Below, in pieces: positions 43,727 to 53,190 of a stretch of 64,000 bases of DNA. The first letter of the stretch is position 1. Each line of letters begins with the position of its first letter. A program made the translations under genes and the position numbers. The notes under the pieces were generated by a model. It was given only the letters and a program-made list of their open reading frames with translations. It had not been told where the DNA came from and did not search any database. This stretch comes from an uncultured Phycisphaerales bacterium. Its GTDB lineage: Bacteria; Planctomycetota; B15-G4; CAYZWU01. The stretch lies in NCBI GenBank assembly GCA_964482235.1, contig CAYZWU010000028.1, positions 6,645-70,644 on the forward strand. Direction: 5' to 3'.

Positions 43727-45195
43727 GCTTCCCCTTTTCAGCCGACCGGATCGCCGGGCTTTGCCGCTCAGGACAGCTCAGCCCCCTCGAGGTTGTGAAC
43801 GAGACGCTGCGAAGGATCGAAAGGCTGGAACCGCGCATCGAGGCATTTCTTCATGTCGACAGCCGGGGCGCCCGGGCGAGAGCCAGGAAGCTCGAGGGGG
43901 CCGGATCTGCGGGGAAGGATGGCCTCCTCTACGGCGTGCCGGTGGCGGTGAAGGACAATATCTGCGTGAAGGGGATGCCCCAGACCTGCGCGTCGCGCAT
44001 TCTCGACGGGTATCAGCCGCCGTACGACGCCTTCGTGGTGGAGCGGATCGAGGCCCAGGGCGGGATCGTGGTGGGCAAGACGAACATGGACGAGTTCGGC
44101 ATGGGATCGTCCACCGAGCATTCGGCCGTGAAGAAGAGCTTCAACCCCTGGGGCAGGAAGCTGATCCCCGGCGGCTCGTCGGGCGGATCGGCGGCGGCCG
44201 TGGCTGCCCGGGTCGTTCCGCTGGCCCTCGGTTCGGACACGGGAGGGTCGATCCGGCAGCCCGCCGCGATGTGCGGCGCGGTAGGCTTCAAGCCGACCTA
44301 CGGGACCGTGTCCCGCTTCGGACTGACAGCCTTCGCCTCCTCTCTCGACCAGATCGGGCCGATGGCTGCCGATGTGCGCGGCGCGGCGCTCCTGTTCGAG
44401 GCGATACGAGGCCATGATCCCAGGGACTCCACCTCGCTCTCCCTCCCTGCAGGAGATGATCTCTCGCGGCTGCCCGACGATCTGGACGGCCTCAGAATCG
44501 GTGTTCCGGCCCAGTACATGGACGACAGGATCGACGCCGGCATCACCGGCCTGATCCGCGGCTCCCTCGGGGAGCTCGAGGAAATGGGAGCCTCGATCCG
44601 CGAGATCGACATGCCGCTGACAGGCCATGCCATTGCGGTCTACTACCTGGTCGCCACAGCGGAGGCCTCGTCGAACCTGGCCCGGTACGACGGTGTTCGC
44701 TTCGGGCCCAGGAGAGAGGGAGACGACGTCGAGGCATCGTACGCGGCAACGCGGAACCAGGGATTCGGCGCCGAGGTGAAGCGGCGGATCATGCTGGGCA
44801 CCTTCGCCCTGAGCGCCGGCTATCACGAAGACTGGTACATGAAGGCACTGAAGGTGAGACGGATGATTCGCGACGAGTTCAGACGCGCTTTCCGGGAGGT
44901 CGACCTGATCGCCGGACCGGTTTCGCCGCTGCCGGCCTTCGAGGTCGATGAACGGATCGCCGATCCGCTCGCCATGTATCTGACGGACAGCCTGACCGTT
45001 CCCGCTTCCCTGGCGGGGCTCCCGGCCGTGTCACTCCCTTGCGGGCTGCTGGAGGGCCGAAAACCGGTCGGTCTGCAGGTGATCGGACCGGCCCTGAAGG
45101 ACGGGCTCGTGCTCCAGGCGGCGCGGGCCTTCGAGAAGAACCGGAAAGGCGGAGCTCTGATTCCTCCCCTGGCCGATGCCCTGGACGAAAGATGA
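43723..45195 (+). CDS. gatA: Asp/Glu-tRNA amidotransferase subunit A
   Basis: AVKDN, GKTNMDEFGMGS, GGSSGGSAA, GSDTGGSIRQPA and SSNLARYDG motifs. Confidence 0.98.
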   Translation: MSFPFSADRIAGLCRSGQLSPLEVVNETLRRIERLEPRIEAFLHVDSRGARARARKLEGAGSAGKDGLLYGVPVAVKDNICVKGMPQTCASRILDGYQPPYDAFVVERIEAQGGIVVGKTNMDEFGMGSSTEHSAVKKSFNPWGRKLIPGGSSGGSAAAVAARVVPLALGSDTGGSIRQPAAMCGAVGFKPTYGTVSRFGLTAFASSLDQIGPMAADVRGAALLFEAIRGHDPRDSTSLSLPAGDDLSRLPDDLDGLRIGVPAQYMDDRIDAGITGLIRGSLGELEEMGASIREIDMPLTGHAIAVYYLVATAEASSNLARYDGVRFGPRREGDDVEASYAATRNQGFGAEVKRRIMLGTFALSAGYHEDWYMKALKVRRMIRDEFRRAFREVDLIAGPVSPLPAFEVDERIADPLAMYLTDSLTVPASLAGLPAVSLPCGLLEGRKPVGLQVIGPALKDGLVLQAARAFEKNRKGGALIPPLADALDER

Positions 45196-45210
45196 AACCG
45201 GATCCGTGAC

Positions 45211-46644
45211 ATGCGCTATGAAACGACCATCGGACTCGAGGTTCACGTTCAGCTGAAGACGCGATCGAAGCTCTTCTGCTCCTGCCGCAACGGCTTCGGC
45301 AGGGAGAGGAACACCCTGACCTGTCCGGTCTGCACAGGCCAGCCCGGTGCACTCCCCGCGGTGAACCGGGAGGCCCTTCATCTCGCCGTCACGGCTGGGC
45401 TGGCTCTCGATGCCGCCGTCCCGCCGGTCACGCACTTCGACAGGAAGAACTACTTCTATCCCGACCTGCCCAAGGGATACCAGATCTCCCAGTTCAGCCA
45501 TCCCGTGGCCGAGAAGGGTTTCATCGAGATCGCCCCAAAGGACGGCGCGTCGAGGCGGATCGGCATCGCGCGCGTGGTCCTCGAGGAGGATGCGGGCAAG
45601 ACGATTCATGTCGAAAACAGTGATACCAGCCTCGTTGATCTGAACCGGTGCGGCGTCCCCCTCGTCGAGATCGTGAGCGAGCCCGAGATCCGCTCTCCCG
45701 GCGAAGCGCGCTCCTACCTCCTCTCCCTGAAGCGCCTGATGCAGTACATCGAGGCATCGGACTGCGACATGGAGAAGGGCTCGCTTCGCTGCGACGCCAA
45801 CGTCTCGATCCGGCCTCGAGGTCAGGAGGAACTCGGCACGCGGACGGAGATCAAGAACCTCAACTCCTTCCGCAACGTGGAGAAGTCTCTCGCCTTCGAG
45901 ATCGAGCGCCAGGCGGCGATCCTCGATGCGGGAGGAAAGGTCCTGCAGGAAACGCGCACCTGGAGGGAATCGGAGGAGGTGACGGCGCCGCTCCGGTCGA
46001 AGGAGGAGTCCCGCGACTACCGCTACTTTCCCGAGCCCGACATTCCGCCCTTTCCCATACCCGAGAGCCTCAGGGAGGAGCTCCGCGCGCGGCTGCCGGA
46101 AAATCCGGTTGCCCGGGAGCGCCGCTTCATCTCGGAGTTCGGCCTGGCCTGCAACGACGCCGCCTTTCTGATCGAGGACAGGAAGACGGCGGACTTCTTC
46201 GAGGCCTGCGCTGCTCTCTGCGGCCGGCCGGTGGAGGCGGCGCTCTGGATCAGGACAGCCGTGAAGGAGGAGATGAACCGCCAGGGCGCCCCAATCGACG
46301 GCATCGGGATAGAGCCGCTCCACGTGGCCCGTATCATCGAGATGAAGGAAAGCGGTGCGATCTCCCACCAGGCGGCGCGGAGGATCACTCCCGTCATGGC
46401 CGAGACAGGGAAGATGCCGGAAGAGCTGGCAAGGGAGTTGAACCTCCTCCAGGTCTCCGACGACACCGTGCTGGAGGAGCTGGTCGAATCAGCCATCGCC
46501 CGCAGCACCGAGGCGGTCACCCAGTACCGCCGCGGCAAGGAATCCGCGCTGAACGCTCTCGTCGGCGAGGTGATGCGGTCCTCCGGAGGCCGGGCCGATC
46601 CCCATTCCGTGCGCAGGCTCCTTCTCGAGAAGCTCAGCTCCTGA
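45211..46644 (+). CDS. gatB: Asp/Glu-tRNA amidotransferase subunit B
   Basis: IGLEVHVQL, RKNYFYPDLPKGYQISQ, LEEDAGK, GSLRCDAN and YRYFPEPD motifs. Confidence 0.98.
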   Translation: MRYETTIGLEVHVQLKTRSKLFCSCRNGFGRERNTLTCPVCTGQPGALPAVNREALHLAVTAGLALDAAVPPVTHFDRKNYFYPDLPKGYQISQFSHPVAEKGFIEIAPKDGASRRIGIARVVLEEDAGKTIHVENSDTSLVDLNRCGVPLVEIVSEPEIRSPGEARSYLLSLKRLMQYIEASDCDMEKGSLRCDANVSIRPRGQEELGTRTEIKNLNSFRNVEKSLAFEIERQAAILDAGGKVLQETRTWRESEEVTAPLRSKEESRDYRYFPEPDIPPFPIPESLREELRARLPENPVARERRFISEFGLACNDAAFLIEDRKTADFFEACAALCGRPVEAALWIRTAVKEEMNRQGAPIDGIGIEPLHVARIIEMKESGAISHQAARRITPVMAETGKMPEELARELNLLQVSDDTVLEELVESAIARSTEAVTQYRRGKESALNALVGEVMRSSGGRADPHSVRRLLLEKLSS

Positions 46645-46681
46645 TCAACCCGCCGATCGTATCCCGCCGCCAAAGACTCTC

Positions 46682-47602
46682 TCAGCGAGCCCACCGGATC
46701 TCTGCAGCCACGGGCAGGTGATCGGAGATCCTGTCCGGCAGTACGGCGTGATGGACCGCTTCGAGATCGTCCGAGAAGAGGATCCAGTCGTACCGCTTCT
46801 CGAGGAGGGGAAAGGTGATCAGGTCTTCCGCACCGGGCCGGTGCGCTTGCAGGGAGAGCTTCTTCTTCAGGAGGCTGACGGCCGAGCCCTTCTCCGCACA
46901 GCTGGAGTTGAAATCGCCCATGACGATGGCGGGCCGCCTGCGTTCCAGCAGCGCGGCGGCGAGCTCTTCCGCCTGTTCGATCCTGACGGAACGGCGTGAG
47001 AAGTCGAGGTGCACCGAGACGATGTCCATCTCCTTTCCCGACAAGGGCGGCCATTCCAGCTTGCAGACCAGGTAGCCCTTGGAAAACGTCGGGGGCGACG
47101 GCTCGAAGGTCACGGAGAGAGGATCTTCGAGCTCGATTTTCGAGAGTATCGCCGTACCGTAGGAGAGGGTCCTGCTTCGCACATGCTCGCCTCTCACGAA
47201 ATAGGAATACTCCGCCTTGTCGGCCAGATAGGCCACATGGTCGAAGCGCCCGCTCCAGAAGGAGGGCCCGTCCGCCTCCTGCAAGGCCACGACAGCGGCT
47301 CTCTCCCGCCGGAGAAGAGCGGCCAGTTCATCCAGGTTGGCTCTGATGTCCCCTTCGCTCTGAAGGAGCTGATTCGGGCCGTCCCTGCGTCCATGGGCGA
47401 TGTTCACGGTGAGGACCTTCAGGCGATCAGTGGACGGGCCGCTGCTCCGGCTTTCCCGTGCCGGAACGCCTTCCATTGTCTTGATCACGGGATGCGACTC
47501 GCGCTCCCCGGTCAGGCAGGTCGTGATCCCGAAAATAGCCGCGCCTCCCGCCGCCAGGAACCCGGCAGCCAGAAACGCGATTCGCCGCCATCGACGAGCC
47601 AC
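46682..47602 (-). CDS. Exported endonuclease/exonuclease/phosphatase (EEP) family protein
   Basis: VLTVNI, ALQEAD, VHLD, MGDFN and SDHLPV motifs; Arg-rich N-terminus plus a hydrophobic signal. Confidence 0.9.
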   Translation of the reverse strand: MARRWRRIAFLAAGFLAAGGAAIFGITTCLTGERESHPVIKTMEGVPARESRSSGPSTDRLKVLTVNIAHGRRDGPNQLLQSEGDIRANLDELAALLRRERAAVVALQEADGPSFWSGRFDHVAYLADKAEYSYFVRGEHVRSRTLSYGTAILSKIELEDPLSVTFEPSPPTFSKGYLVCKLEWPPLSGKEMDIVSVHLDFSRRSVRIEQAEELAAALLERRRPAIVMGDFNSSCAEKGSAVSLLKKKLSLQAHRPGAEDLITFPLLEKRYDWILFSDDLEAVHHAVLPDRISDHLPVAAEIRWAR

Positions 47603-47605
47603 GGC

Positions 47606-49150
47606 TCACTCCCACTCGATCGTGGCCGGCGGCTTGCTGGAGATGTCATAGACGACGCGATTGACGCCCTTCACCTCGTTGATGATCCGGTTCGAGATGA
47701 TGGCGAGCAGATCGTAGGGGAGGCGGGCCCAGTCCGCGGTCATGAAGTCCTCTGTGACCACGGCTCGAACGGCGATCACCCGTCCGTATGTTCTGGCATC
47801 GCCCATCACGCCCACGGACTTGACCGGCAGAAGAACGGCGAAGACCTGCGACGTCCGCTCGTACTGACCGGCGTTGCGCAGCTCCTCGAGCACGATGGCG
47901 TCCGCCTCCCTCAGGATCTCCAGGTCTTCCAGGATCACGAGACCGGGGATCCGTACCGCCAGGCCCGGCCCGGGGAAGGGATGGCGGTTCACGATCGACT
48001 CGGGAAGGCCGAGGATGCGGCCTATCTCGCGCACCTCGTCCTTGAAGAGGTCGCGGAGCGGCTCCACCAGCTCGAATCCGAGCTCCTCGGGCAGGCCGCC
48101 CACGTTGTGGTGCGTCTTGATCGTGGCCGAAGGGCCGCCGTGCGCCGACGTGGACTCGATCACGTCGGGGTAGAGCGTCCCCTGGGCTAGATAGCGGATC
48201 CCTCTCAGCTGCTCGGCAACCTCCCTGAACACGTCGATGAAGGTATGCCCGATCCGTCTCCGTTTCTCCTCCGGATCGGAGACGCCGCTCAGGGCATCGA
48301 GGAATCGCTGCGAGGCATCGACATGATGCAGCCTGACGTTGAAGTGGTCCTTGAAGGTCGAAACGACCTGATCGGCCTCCCCCTTGCGGAGAAAGCAGTT
48401 GTCCACGAAGATGCACTCCAGGTCCTCGCCGATGGCCCTGTTGATCAGGAGGGCGGCCACCGAGGAGTCCACGCCGCCGGATAGCCCGAGCACGACCTTC
48501 TCCCCTGCCACGCTTCGCCGGATCGACTCGACGGCTGTGTCGATGTACGACGACATTTCCCAGTCGCCGTGGACATTGCAGACGCCGTAGAGGAAGTTGC
48601 GGAGGATCTGCGTCCCCTGCTCGGTGTGCGTGACCTCGGGGTGGAACTGGAGGCCGAAGAACCGCCCATCCTCTCCGGTGACGGCGGCACAGCGGCATGT
48701 GGCCGAGGATGCCACGGCTCGATAGCCGTCAGGAAGGCCGGTGCAGACATCGCCATGGCTCATCCAGACGACCGACTCCTCCTTCAGGTTGAGGAACAGG
48801 GGATGGGACGTGTCGAACCGCACCTTCGTCCGGCCGTATTCGCCGCCCTCATCACCCGGAGTGACATCGCCGCCGCGGACACGGACCGTGGCGTGCATGC
48901 CGTAGCAGATACCGAGCACGGGAATCCCGAGATCGAACAGCGAGCTCTCCACCGAGGGCGCTCCCGTCTCGTAGATCGAGCTCGGCCCTCCGGAAAAGAT
49001 GAGCGCCGCCGGCTTCAGCGCCTCGATCTCCTCCTGCTTTGCCGTGCAGGGAAGAATGATGCTGTACACCTTGAGCTCCCTCACTCGCCGGGCGATGAGC
49101 TGGGTGTACTGGGATCCGAAATCGAGAATGACCACCTTCTCGCTAGTCAA
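47606..49150 (-). CDS. guaA: GMP synthase (glutamine-hydrolysing)
   Basis: LDFGSQY, GICYG, QFHPEV, SGGVDS, IKTHHNVGG and KPPATIEWE motifs. TTG 49150 with an AAGGAGG RBS. Confidence 0.98.
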   Translation of the reverse strand: MTSEKVVILDFGSQYTQLIARRVRELKVYSIILPCTAKQEEIEALKPAALIFSGGPSSIYETGAPSVESSLFDLGIPVLGICYGMHATVRVRGGDVTPGDEGGEYGRTKVRFDTSHPLFLNLKEESVVWMSHGDVCTGLPDGYRAVASSATCRCAAVTGEDGRFFGLQFHPEVTHTEQGTQILRNFLYGVCNVHGDWEMSSYIDTAVESIRRSVAGEKVVLGLSGGVDSSVAALLINRAIGEDLECIFVDNCFLRKGEADQVVSTFKDHFNVRLHHVDASQRFLDALSGVSDPEEKRRRIGHTFIDVFREVAEQLRGIRYLAQGTLYPDVIESTSAHGGPSATIKTHHNVGGLPEELGFELVEPLRDLFKDEVREIGRILGLPESIVNRHPFPGPGLAVRIPGLVILEDLEILREADAIVLEELRNAGQYERTSQVFAVLLPVKSVGVMGDARTYGRVIAVRAVVTEDFMTADWARLPYDLLAIISNRIINEVKGVNRVVYDISSKPPATIEWE

Positions 49151-49172
49151 GCTGTCCTCCTTCCGGACGGGA

Positions 49173-50627
49173 TCATGAATCGACAAAGTAATTGGGCGCC
49201 TCGCGCGTGATCTGGATGTCGTGCGGGTGGTTCTCCCTCAGGGTGGCGGGAGAGACCCTGATGAAGCGGCCCCTCGTGTAGAGCTGCTCCAGGGTCTCCG
49301 CCCCCGTGTACCCCATGCCCGAACGGACTCCGCCGACGAGCTGGTAGACGAAGGTGGAGAGGGCGCCCTTGTACGGGACGAGTCCTTCCACGCCTTCGGG
49401 CACGAGCTTCTCGGGAGTGGGACTGTCGGACTGGCGGTACCTGTCGCTCGATCCGTCCATCATGGCACCGAGCGAGCCCATGCCGCGGATCGTCTTGAAC
49501 GACCTCCCCTTGAAGATCACGCTTTCACCGGGGGATTCGTCCATCCCGGCAAAGAGGCTCCCCATCATCACGCTGTTGGCTCCGGCCACGATGGCTTTCA
49601 CCACGTCTCCCGAGGCGCGAATCCCGCCGTCGGCAATGACCGGAACCCCGGCCGGCTTCGCCACGGCGGCACAGGAGGCCACGGCCGTGACCTGCGGCAT
49701 TCCGATGCCGGTCACCACCCGGGTGGTGCAGATCGATCCGGGGCCGATGCCGACCTTGACGGCATCGACGCCGGCGGCGACGAGGTCCTCGGCCGCCTCC
49801 TTGGTGGCGATGTTGCCGGCCGCCACGTCGATCTTGAAGGAGCGCTTGATCTCCCGCACCGTCTCGATCACGTTCCGTGAATGGCCGTGCGCCGTGTCGA
49901 CGACGAGGACGTCGCAGCCTGCCTCGATCAGCCCGTCGCAGCGATCGAGATCGAAGACGCCCACGGCAGCTCCGACCCGCAGCCGGCCACGCTCATCGCG
50001 GCAGGCCGCGGGGAACTGCTTCAGTCCCTTGATGTCTCGCATGGTGATCAGCCCGAGGAGCTCGCCGGCGTCGTTCGTGAGGATCAGCTTCTCCACCTTG
50101 TGCTTGTGAAGGATATGCTCCGCGTCGGCCAGGCTCGTCTTGGCGGGAGCGGTGACCAGGTCCCTGGTCATGATCTCCTCCACCTTGAGGTCCTTTTCCC
50201 ACTGGAAGCGGAGGTCGCGGTTGGTGAGGATGCCGACCACCTTCCGGTTCTTCACGATGGGAACGCCGGAGATGGTGTGCGTGGTCATCACCTCCCGCGC
50301 CCGGCTGATCGGGGCGCTGGGCGGCAGGGTCACGGGATCGACGATCACGCCGTTGGCGCTCCGCTTGACGATATCGACCTCGCGAACCTGGTCATCGACC
50401 GACATGTTCTTGTGAATGATGCCGATCCCCCCCTCGCGGGCCAGGGCGATGGCCATGCGCGATTCGGTCACCGTGTCCATGGCAGCGCTGGAGAACGGGA
50501 TGTTCAGCTCGACGTTCCTGGAAAAGTAGGTTCTCGTATCCACCTCCGACGGCATGATGTCGGACCTGTTGGGCAGAACGAGAACGTCGTCGAAGGTAAT
50601 GGCTTCCGTGATGTTGTCAGTCAGCAT
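49173..50627 (-). CDS. guaB: IMP dehydrogenase with CBS pair
   Basis: [27 protein letters not shown] (catalytic Cys), ADGGI and GMGSLGAM motifs. Confidence 0.98.
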   Translation of the reverse strand: MLTDNITEAITFDDVLVLPNRSDIMPSEVDTRTYFSRNVELNIPFSSAAMDTVTESRMAIALAREGGIGIIHKNMSVDDQVREVDIVKRSANGVIVDPVTLPPSAPISRAREVMTTHTISGVPIVKNRKVVGILTNRDLRFQWEKDLKVEEIMTRDLVTAPAKTSLADAEHILHKHKVEKLILTNDAGELLGLITMRDIKGLKQFPAACRDERGRLRVGAAVGVFDLDRCDGLIEAGCDVLVVDTAHGHSRNVIETVREIKRSFKIDVAAGNIATKEAAEDLVAAGVDAVKVGIGPGSICTTRVVTGIGMPQVTAVASCAAVAKPAGVPVIADGGIRASGDVVKAIVAGANSVMMGSLFAGMDESPGESVIFKGRSFKTIRGMGSLGAMMDGSSDRYRQSDSPTPEKLVPEGVEGLVPYKGALSTFVYQLVGGVRSGMGYTGAETLEQLYTRGRFIRVSPATLRENHPHDIQITREAPNYFVDS

Positions 50628-51403
50628 TGTTCTTCTCCTTCTCCAACCGGATCATCGGAAAAAAATTAAAGAAACGGATGGATTGGACGGAGTCATGGAA
50701 TGAAAAGGAAACCGCCATTGTTCCACACGGAGGGTGAAACCGGGGTAGATTGGCAAGAAAAACCCGGAAACTCATCTGGAAAAGCCGTTTCCGAAGGCTC
50801 AAGTTCACCATTGGAACGATATATATTCAAACCTTATGGAAATCCAGAGAAAAATCGATCCGGGGAAGGAAGGCGGAGTGGAGTGCGCCGTGGGCAACAA
50901 CATAAAGAGGGCCCCTTCGGTTAAAACCTCCAGGACCCCGAAAACAAGAAGGAGGAGAATCAATATCCTTATCGGAATTCGGGGCCAGGTACTTTATTTC
51001 AGCACTCTCTTTTTGTCGGAATGCCCGAAACGGCCATAGGGAGAATCCCCTACCCCCTTCTGTGGAGAATTCCACCTCATCGCACAAAAAAAAAATAAAC
51101 CGGCAAAGGAATCTCCCCTGAATGCGAGCGACCGGCAAAGAAGCCCCCATGAAATTGACTAACAGCTGAAACCGATTGACAAAAACAAGGTTATCTTACG
51201 TTTCCCATTGTTGCCATCTTGAACGACGGGGGAAGCGGTTAGGGATCATAGACTTGAGCGTCTCGATATGAATTAAAATGAAACGTTGATTATTGCTCTA
51301 GAATGTTTCAAAATGATTAAGTTTACTATGCAGATTCAGTGCAAAAGCACTATGTATATTTTCAGATCCCGTTGGCCAAGAATACTGTTTAAGGATAAGT
51401 CGC

Positions 51404-52813
51404 TTGAACCCAGAATCATTTGGTCAGATCGAAGGTCTGTTCGACGCCCCGCTGGAGGTTGCTCCGCTTCTGGACCAGTTGCCCCTGGGCATTATGATCC
51501 TCAGCCTGGATCAAAAGATCCTGTTTCTGAACAGCGCCTTCGAGGCTTTGACCGGATTTGATCGCGATGAAGTTCATCATGTTCCCTGTTGCCATGTGCT
51601 CAGGACGGATATATGCAACGATCGTTGTCCCATTTTGAACACAGGCGACAGCGTCAAGCCGGCTCCGCAGACGGGGACGATTCTCATCAGCTCGCGCGAG
51701 AAGATCGACGTGCGCTTGACGGCAAGTGCGCTGCGCGACCGGAATGGGCGCATCATCGGATACATGGAAACGGTCGAGGATCTCGGGACGCATCACCAGA
51801 TCATGGATCATCAGCGCGATCTGCAAGGATTCAGCCAGATTGTGGGGCGTTCTCCGCCCATGCAGAAGCTGTTCAGTCTTGTTCCCGTCGTTGCCCAGAC
51901 CGATTCCTCGCTGCTCATCACCGGAGAGACGGGCACGGGCAAAGATATCCTGGCCGAGGCGATCCACGAAACATCGGACCGCAGCGACGGGCCTTTCATC
52001 AAGGTGAACTGCGGCGCGCTTCCCGAGACGCTGCTCGAGTCCGAGCTGTTCGGTCACAAGAAGGGCGCTTTCACCGGGGCGGAGAGCGACAAGATGGGGC
52101 GTGTACGCCTGGCTCATAACGGCACGCTCTACCTTACGGAGATCGGCGATCTCTCCCTCCCGCTCCAGGTCAAGCTGCTGACCTTTCTCGATGACAAGAT
52201 CGTTTACCCCCTGGGAGATGCCGATGGATATCACGTCGATGTGCGGATCATTGCAGCCACGCACCGCGATCTGATGCAGATGACCAGGGATAACGCCTTC
52301 CGTCAGGATCTGCTGTTCCGGCTGAATGTGGTTCGTTTTCATCTGCCGCCCCTGAGGGAGAGGGATGGAGATGTTCGCCTGCTCCTGGACCATTTCCTGA
52401 AGATCTTCTCCGTAAGGTTCGGCAAATCTCTCAAGGGATTTACTCGGACGGCGCAGGAGCTGCTGCTGAACTATGCCTACCCCGGAAATGTACGCGAGCT
52501 CAGAAATATCGTGGAATACTCAACCAGCATATGTCCCGTGGAGATGATCGGGCTGGAGCATCTGCCCGCCTACCTGGGAGAGCCGCTGCTCGATGTGGGC
52601 GGCGAAACAGGCGACGTGTCCCACGTCGAGGAGCCGGTGAGCTGGTCCTCCAAGGAAGCGGCGCCGGGGATGAACTGGGCCGCCATCGAGCGTCAGCTCA
52701 TTGTCGACACCTTGGTCAAGGCCAAGGGGCACAGAAGCAGGGCCGCGGAGATGCTGGGCTGGGGGCGTTCCACGCTATGGCGGAAGATGAAGTTCCACGG
52801 ACTCGAATCGTGA
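51404..52813 (+). CDS. PAS-domain sigma54-dependent enhancer-binding protein (OrpR-like)
   Basis: PAS with CCHVLRTDICNDRC, Walker A GETGTGKD, ESELFGHKKGAFTGA, FRQDLLFRLNV, YPGNVREL, and a Fis-type HTH (GWGRSTLWRK). TTG start. Confidence 0.93.
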   Translation: MNPESFGQIEGLFDAPLEVAPLLDQLPLGIMILSLDQKILFLNSAFEALTGFDRDEVHHVPCCHVLRTDICNDRCPILNTGDSVKPAPQTGTILISSREKIDVRLTASALRDRNGRIIGYMETVEDLGTHHQIMDHQRDLQGFSQIVGRSPPMQKLFSLVPVVAQTDSSLLITGETGTGKDILAEAIHETSDRSDGPFIKVNCGALPETLLESELFGHKKGAFTGAESDKMGRVRLAHNGTLYLTEIGDLSLPLQVKLLTFLDDKIVYPLGDADGYHVDVRIIAATHRDLMQMTRDNAFRQDLLFRLNVVRFHLPPLRERDGDVRLLLDHFLKIFSVRFGKSLKGFTRTAQELLLNYAYPGNVRELRNIVEYSTSICPVEMIGLEHLPAYLGEPLLDVGGETGDVSHVEEPVSWSSKEAAPGMNWAAIERQLIVDTLVKAKGHRSRAAEMLGWGRSTLWRKMKFHGLES

Positions 52814-52838
52814 AATGGCGTTGATGAAGGGTACCGAA

Positions 52839-53186
52839 ATGACTCGAAAGATAATGATCGTCCTGCGTGAAAACGAGGTGGCCCCGCGCTTCGACCTGAC
52901 CGCCGAGGTCTACATCGCCGTGCTGGACGCTGATGGAGCGATCGAGCACGACAAGACCATGGTCCTGGCGCACTCGTCTGCGGACGATCTATGTCAGCTG
53001 ATCTTGAGCGAGGGCGTCGACATGCTGGTCTGCAACGGAATCGAGCAGGAGTTCTTCGAGTATCTCACATGGAAGAAGGTGCATGTACTTGACTCGGTCA
53101 TGGGGCCCTGGGAGCGTGCATTGGAAAAAGTCCGGAACAACGAATTGCAGTCGGGGTCGATCCTTTTCGACCGTCCGGAAAGGTAA
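52839..53186 (+). CDS. NifB/NifX (MTH1175-like) family small protein
   Basis: VAPRFD...VDMLVCNGI...V.GP.E.AL pattern of the dinitrogenase FeMo-cofactor-biosynthesis-like fold. Start ATG 52839. Confidence 0.75.
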   Translation: MTRKIMIVLRENEVAPRFDLTAEVYIAVLDADGAIEHDKTMVLAHSSADDLCQLILSEGVDMLVCNGIEQEFFEYLTWKKVHVLDSVMGPWERALEKVRNNELQSGSILFDRPER

Positions 53187-53190
53187 GACC

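Noticed and set aside
47606-47660. guaA 3' end as an island integration site
   Set aside because: guaA is followed directly by the EEP gene, with no integrase or duplicated att sequence. The compositional break is on the other side, upstream of guaB.
51372-51390. TTGGCCAAGAATACTG as a sigma54 promoter for the EBP gene
   Set aside because: There is no GC at the required 12-nt distance from GG. The GG...GC at 59220-59232 is likewise one base short.
50700-51561. Short ORFs in the AT-rich gap (50827..51150, 50836..51039, 51286..51561)
   Set aside because: They are low-complexity with poly-A runs, no RBS and no motifs; the gap is better explained as divergent regulatory DNA.
52839-53186. Nitrogen fixation implied by the NifB/NifX-like gene
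   Set aside because: There are no nifHDK or other nif genes, and this fold is common in non-diazotrophic anaerobes.
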